Assembly: GCA_036676985.1 (NCBI GenBank)
Contig: JAKFBU010000027.1
Location: forward strand, 64,001 to 128,000
DNA: 64,000 nt
Direction of reading: 5' to 3'
DNA from: Candidatus Sericytochromatia bacterium
GTDB taxonomy: Bacteria > Cyanobacteriota > Sericytochromatia > S15B-MN24 > UBA4093
The position numbers were made by a program, and so were the translations under genes. Below, in pieces: positions 59,651 through 64,000 of this stretch. The notes under the pieces are model-generated. The model did not search any database. It was not told the origin of the DNA and was given only the letters and a program-made list of their open reading frames with translations. Positions within the stretch are counted from its first letter, which is position 1; every line of letters begins with the position of its first letter.

Positions 59651-60103
59651 GTGGGAGCGGACGTGAACCTCAAGGCAGGAGCAAAGGCACGCTTGCAGGC
59701 GGTGCGGGCGCGGATCGAGGCCGTCCGCCGCGAGATCGCAGAGCATGAGCGGGCACTTGCCGACCTGCGGGCCCAGTTGCCGGAGCTCGAGTTCGAGGAG
59801 GCGGCCATGCGCTACATCGTCGAGGGGGCCGCGGCCGCTCCGGCACCCGTGGCAACCTCGTCGGAACCGCGCCGCAAGCTGTCCCGCCCCGAGCTCATCG
59901 AGGTCATCAAGGGGCACTTCACGGCGGTGGGACGCCCCATGGAGGTGGGCGAGCTGCACCGGCACCTCGAGGAGGAGGAGCGGGTCGACCTGGGCGCCAA
60001 TGCCCGCAACTACCTCTGCGGCGTCTTGAGCCGCAACAAGGACGTGCACTTTGCCAACGTAGGCAAGGGCGAATGGTGGCTTGCCGGCCGCCCGACGCCT
60101 TAG
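59651..60103 (+). CDS. Coiled-coil plus winged-helix DNA-binding protein
   Basis: N-terminal heptads; GRPMEVGELHRHL..NYLCGVLSR..FANVGKGEWWL wing. Confidence 0.75.
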   Translation: MGADVNLKAGAKARLQAVRARIEAVRREIAEHERALADLRAQLPELEFEEAAMRYIVEGAAAAPAPVATSSEPRRKLSRPELIEVIKGHFTAVGRPMEVGELHRHLEEEERVDLGANARNYLCGVLSRNKDVHFANVGKGEWWLAGRPTP

Positions 60104-60117
60104 CCTGAAAAAGAAGT

Positions 60118-60147
60118 CGAGGCGGCGCGTTGCCGCGCGCCGCCTCG
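60118..60147 (-). terminator. 12-bp hairpin with a T tract on the minus strand
   Basis: CGAGGCGGCGCG-TTGCCG-CGCGCCGCCTCG preceded by AAAAAGAAG on the plus strand. Confidence 0.55.
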
Positions 60148-60223
60148 TCACTGGTCCGAAGGGATTGGGTTGCCGCCCTCCCGTCGGAAGATCCCCCTGC
60201 CTGGAAAGCGAAAGGAGACCATT

Positions 60224-60460
60224 GTGAGACAGCATACCTCCCGCCGCGCTGCGGCGTCCACCCCCGACTACGACTACTATCGCAGGCTCTACGCCCACAC
60301 CTGGAAACCCGGCTGCAAGCGGGTCGAGTGGGTCATGTCGCTCTTGCAGGAGCGCGGCATTGCCTGCGAGGCGGACGGGTTCATGGCCGATAGCGCCGGA
60401 TGGGCGACCGACCGACCGAGCGCCCGACACATCCCCGACATTCGCGTCCTGGCGTCGTAG
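60224..60460 (+). CDS. N-terminal half of a PD-(D/E)XK-like nuclease
   Basis: AAAGGAG RBS, GTG start, ends HIPDIRVLAS*. Confidence 0.6.
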   Translation: MRQHTSRRAAASTPDYDYYRRLYAHTWKPGCKRVEWVMSLLQERGIACEADGFMADSAGWATDRPSARHIPDIRVLAS

Positions 60461-60470
60461 GAGGTTTGCT

Positions 60471-60845
60471 ATGTCGATCGCGCAGCGCCCGGCCATCCGG
60501 CTCGAAGTGACGGGCACGGACAGCCCGCACGTTCCCCTGCAGGCCCCGCTCTGGATCCTCGAGGGCAAGGCTCGCTATGCCGAGGAGCATCCGGACGAGG
60601 AGATCTACATCGTCCATGTGCTCGACACGCCCAAGCTCAAGCGCCCCATCATTCGAGCCTTGCCCGCCCGGGGGCTCCTGGGGCGTTACCCGGTCGAAGT
60701 GAAGCAGCCCTACGGCGCTCCCGAGCGCTATCTGGTCGTGCCCGTCACGGCCCCCGAGATCATGCGCGAAGAAGTGTTCTTGCGCCTGCTCCAGGAGCGC
60801 TCGGCACCCGTCGAGCGGCAGCTCTCCCTGTTCGACGTCGGCTAG
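60471..60845 (+). CDS. C-terminal half of a PD-(D/E)XK-like nuclease with a QLSLF clamp-binding motif
   Basis: GGAGG RBS, IRLEVTG, WIxxxK, terminal RQLSLFDVG. Confidence 0.65.
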   Translation: MSIAQRPAIRLEVTGTDSPHVPLQAPLWILEGKARYAEEHPDEEIYIVHVLDTPKLKRPIIRALPARGLLGRYPVEVKQPYGAPERYLVVPVTAPEIMREEVFLRLLQERSAPVERQLSLFDVG

Positions 60846-60930
60846 CGGGGGTCATGTTGCGAGCAGTTGAGGTTCGAGCGCCCGTACGCCATAATGTGGG
60901 GGCATCCCGTTCGTGTCAGAGGAGGCGGCC

Positions 60931-61425
60931 TTGAGCGATCACGTCCAGATGAGCGAGAAGACCATGGGCATCGCCCGGATCATCGATCAGATCCCCATCT
61001 TTTCAGACCTGTCCACCGCCGAAGTCGACCAGCTGGCCTCCTATTTCCGCCTCAAGAAGTGGGCGGCGGGCGAGACCATCTTCAACGAGGGCGAGAACAG
61101 CCACGACCTGATCTTCGTCATCACCGGGACGGTCTCCATCCGCAAGAAGGACAAGGCCTCTCAGCAAAAGGAGATCGCCAAGCTCGAGGGCAAGAACGTC
61201 CTCGGCGAGGCCGCCTTCGTCGACAAGAGCTTGCGATCGGCGACGGCCGTGGCGGTGACGGAATCGACCGGCATCGCCATGAGCCAGGATCACCTGGATT
61301 CCATCTGCGACTTCAACCCGGCGCTTGCCATCAAGCTCCTCAAGAAGATCAACCGCCTCCTGTCCCTCAAGCTGCGCAAGACCAGCAAGGAATTCGCCGA
61401 AGTCGCCTCGGCAGTGGACCAGTAG
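60931..61425 (+). CDS. Stand-alone cyclic-nucleotide-binding domain protein
   Basis: IPIFSDL, IFNEGE, LGEAAF..RSATAVA; TTG after GGAGG. Confidence 0.9.
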   Translation: MSDHVQMSEKTMGIARIIDQIPIFSDLSTAEVDQLASYFRLKKWAAGETIFNEGENSHDLIFVITGTVSIRKKDKASQQKEIAKLEGKNVLGEAAFVDKSLRSATAVAVTESTGIAMSQDHLDSICDFNPALAIKLLKKINRLLSLKLRKTSKEFAEVASAVDQ

Positions 61426-61430
61426 GCTCC

Positions 61431-62210
61431 ATGGCGGACGTTCGATTGGACGTACAGGACGGCATCGCCGTCCTGACGCTCGCCAGGCCCGACAAGCTCA
61501 ACGCCCTCACCCATGCCATGGGAGACCTCGTCGTGGAGGCCGTCGCGGCGATCAACGCCGACTCGGGCGTTCGCGTGGTGCTGGTCCGGGGCGAGGGGCG
61601 CAGCTTCTCGGCCGGCGGGGACCTGGACTTCCTGCGGGAAAACGCTGCCCGCTCGGTCGACGAGAACACGGCGGGCATGCGCGCCTTTTACGAGAAGTTC
61701 CTCTCCCTGCGCCGCCTCACGGTGCCTTCCATCGCCGTCCTGCAGGGTCGGGCGACGGGGGCCGGGCTGACGCTCGCCCTGGGCTGCGACATGCGGGTCG
61801 CGGCGGACGATGCCGTCGTGGCGGCCAACTTCGTGAAGGTCGGGCTCAATCCCGGCATGGGCGGGACCTACCTCATCGAGCGGCTGGTCGGGTCGGGGCG
61901 GGCCGCGGAGCTCGTCTTCACGGGCCGCGACGTGCCCATGGGCGAAGCGCTCACCATCGGGCTCGTCAACCACGTGGTGCAGCCCGACCGGCTCGAGGAG
62001 ACGGCCTGGAAGCTTGCCCGCTCCATCGCGGCCAACGCGCCGGTGGCCGTGCGCCGCACCAAGGCCATCCTCAACCGTCAGGTGCGCGACCTCTCGGAGG
62101 CGCTGGACCTCGAGGCCGCGGGGCAGGCGGAGTGCTTCGCCTCGGCGGACCTCCTGGAAGGCATCCGCGCCATCCAGGAGCGCCGCAAGCCCGAGTTTAC
62201 TGGACGCTAG
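61431..62210 (+). CDS. Enoyl-CoA hydratase/isomerase family protein
   Basis: RPDKLNAL, FSAGGDL, GAGLTLALGCD, EGIRAIQERRKPEFTGR. Confidence 0.94.
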   Translation: MADVRLDVQDGIAVLTLARPDKLNALTHAMGDLVVEAVAAINADSGVRVVLVRGEGRSFSAGGDLDFLRENAARSVDENTAGMRAFYEKFLSLRRLTVPSIAVLQGRATGAGLTLALGCDMRVAADDAVVAANFVKVGLNPGMGGTYLIERLVGSGRAAELVFTGRDVPMGEALTIGLVNHVVQPDRLEETAWKLARSIAANAPVAVRRTKAILNRQVRDLSEALDLEAAGQAECFASADLLEGIRAIQERRKPEFTGR

Positions 62211-62841
62211 GCGCGGGGCTCGGGAAGGGCGCCACGATCACCGGTCGGTTGGCAAGCTTGCCCAAGAGATCCAGCTGACGGCGGTGCTCCCGGTCCTCGC
62301 GGGCCTCCTCGGGATTGGTGAAGAGGACGGCGAGGGCCGTCATGACCTCCTCGGTCTGCTGCTTGCGATCGACCAGGCGATAGTGGTCCAGGAGCACCAG
62401 CACCTGGTCGCGCTCGGCGGCCCCGAGGTCGGTGCGCCAGGCGATCGTGACGAGCTCCTGCAGCGCGCGGCGCATCTGGGGGCCCGTCGGGGAGGCCTTC
62501 AGGGACGAGACGAGGAGCTTCTGCACCCGGAGGACCCAGCCCTTGAGGGGGGCTCCGCCGAAGGTCGCCTCGAGCTCGGGGGCCGCGTCCCCGGTGGGAT
62601 CGTCGAATCCCTGGGCGATGAAGCGCTCCAGGAGCGCATGCTCGCCCTTGTCGATGAGCAGATCGTTCTCGAGCGCCACGGCGACGAGCCGGTCGAGCTT
62701 CGCGTTGTCCAGCCTCTGATCGAGCACGAGGTCGGCATGCAGCCGGGTCAGCCTGTCGAGGTGCGGCGTGCGGGCCGCCTCGGCCGGATGGGCTGGTACC
62801 AGGAGCCCCATGACGAGGACCATGAGCAAACGGCGGGTCAT
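62197..62841 (-). CDS. Secreted helical hypothetical protein
   Basis: GGAGG RBS, signal peptide MTRRLLMVLVMGLLVPAHPAEA. Confidence 0.7.
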   Translation of the reverse strand: MTRRLLMVLVMGLLVPAHPAEAARTPHLDRLTRLHADLVLDQRLDNAKLDRLVAVALENDLLIDKGEHALLERFIAQGFDDPTGDAAPELEATFGGAPLKGWVLRVQKLLVSSLKASPTGPQMRRALQELVTIAWRTDLGAAERDQVLVLLDHYRLVDRKQQTEEVMTALAVLFTNPEEAREDREHRRQLDLLGKLANRPVIVAPFPSPAPSVQ

Positions 62842-62930
62842 CGCACCTCCTCGGGGTCGTCGCCCCATGCCTAGCATACCCTACGGAAAGCCGGGCCATT
62901 CGGCGGTATAATGAGGCAGAGGATGACGCC

Positions 62931-63821
62931 GTGAACCTGAACGAAATGCGCACATTCACCGAGATCCTGCACCGCGGAAGCCTCACGGATGCGGGGCGGG
63001 CGCTCGGGCTGACCCAGTCGGGCGTGACCCGCCAGCTTCAGCGCCTGGAGCAGGACCTCGGCGTGTCGCTCTTGCGCCGTGACACCTCGCCGGTGACGGC
63101 CACGGTGGCGGGCGAGCGCTTCCTGGTCTTCGCCAACCAGGTGCTCCGCGAATACGAGGCCATGCGCCAGGAGCTCGAGGTCGAATCCCAGTACCCGGCC
63201 CTCATGATCGCGGCCAGCACCACACCGGGCGAGTTTTTGGTGCCGAGCCTGCTCGCGGATCTGATCAAGAGCTACCCGGGCTGGCGGATCAGCGTGAGCA
63301 TCACGGACTCGGCGCAGGTCATGGACCAGGTGGAGCGTGGGACGGTCACGCTGGGCTTCGTCGGGTCCATTGCCGACCGGCCCTCGTTGCGCTTCGTGCC
63401 GTTCATCCGGGACGAGCTCGTGGTGGCGGTACGCGGCGACCATCCGCTCGGCCAGCGCGAGGCGATCGCCCTCGAGGAGCTGTCGCGCTATCCCTTCGTC
63501 CTGCGCGAGGAGGGATCCGGCACCCTCTACAGCCTGCAGCACCTCCTGATGGACCAGGAGCGGACCCTGCCGCGGCTCAACGTGGTGGCCACCCTCGGCA
63601 GCACCCAGGCCGTCCTGTCGGCCATCCTCGCCGGAGCGGGGATTGGCTTCGTGTCGTCGCGATCGCTCGCTCCTTATGCCTCCGGGCGCCTCAAGGCCGT
63701 CCGCATCCTCGGCCTTCCGCTCTGGCGGCAACTGTACCTCGTTCACCGTCAGAGCGAGCTTCGAACCCAGGCCGTGGCCCGTTTCACCAAGGCGGCCATG
63801 TCTTGGGCCGCTTACCAGTAG
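62931..63821 (+). CDS. LysR family regulator (CysL-like)
   Basis: GSLTDAGRALGLTQSGVTRQL HTH, ASTTPGEF, REEGSGT. Confidence 0.94.
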   Translation: MNLNEMRTFTEILHRGSLTDAGRALGLTQSGVTRQLQRLEQDLGVSLLRRDTSPVTATVAGERFLVFANQVLREYEAMRQELEVESQYPALMIAASTTPGEFLVPSLLADLIKSYPGWRISVSITDSAQVMDQVERGTVTLGFVGSIADRPSLRFVPFIRDELVVAVRGDHPLGQREAIALEELSRYPFVLREEGSGTLYSLQHLLMDQERTLPRLNVVATLGSTQAVLSAILAGAGIGFVSSRSLAPYASGRLKAVRILGLPLWRQLYLVHRQSELRTQAVARFTKAAMSWAAYQ

Positions 63822-63889
63822 CTGCCTTTTGCCAACCGAGCGTCCCGACGCGTAGAATGGGCTGCCGCCCCCTCGCCAGGAGACCTGCC

Positions 63890-64000
63890 ATGCGCTGCCG
63901 TCGAATCGCTGTCCTGTTGGCACCCCTCATCGCCCTGCCCGCCCATGCCGCCGTTCCGACGGACATGGGCGTGATCCCGTCCGCGGCACTAGCGGACGAC
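63890..64000 (+). CDS. Secreted protein, N-terminal fragment (partial)
   Basis: AGGAG RBS, signal peptide ending AHA, open to the window end. Confidence 0.6.
   Translation, partial: MRCRRIAVLLAPLIALPAHAAVPTDMGVIPSAALADD

Noticed and set aside
60458-60473. Stop read-through joining the nuclease halves
   Set aside because: The halves are in different frames, and the second has its own RBS and ATG

Overview
GC-rich (roughly 68-70% by eye) chromosomal window from a diderm bacterium (TolC, RND, outer-membrane barrel, lipoproteins), with about 55 genes and one tRNA-Val(GAC). It holds the end of a lipid operon (CDP-alcohol phosphatidyltransferase, MFS-like protein, membrane desaturase), redox/electrophile-stress modules (HxlR, two MarR, two pirins, YceI, DsbA-like, tautomerase), P450, a short UvrA paralog, S8 protease, RapA, a sugar ABC transporter, orphan histidine kinases, a partner-switch pair, an extended RND operon, and FabG/PhaB, ABC and LysR genes. 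No CRISPR array, transposase or prophage was seen. The most interesting features are: (1) a coupled four-gene operon encoding a catalytically dead SF1-helicase-like protein, an intact UvrD-type helicase, a stand-alone 4-Cys Cas4/AddB-type nuclease and RecJ, which looks like a split AddAB/AdnAB-like DNA end-resection machine; (2) a small module with a winged-helix protein and a PD-(D/E)XK-like nuclease split between its catalytic motifs and ending in a QLSLF beta-clamp motif; (3) a winged-helix plus nucleotidyltransferase islet downstream of tRNA-Val with an 11-bp-phased operator array; (4) a chimeric solute-binding-protein/histidine-kinase pseudogene; (5) small proteins missed by the ORF track. 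All calls come from reading motifs by eye; no searches were run.
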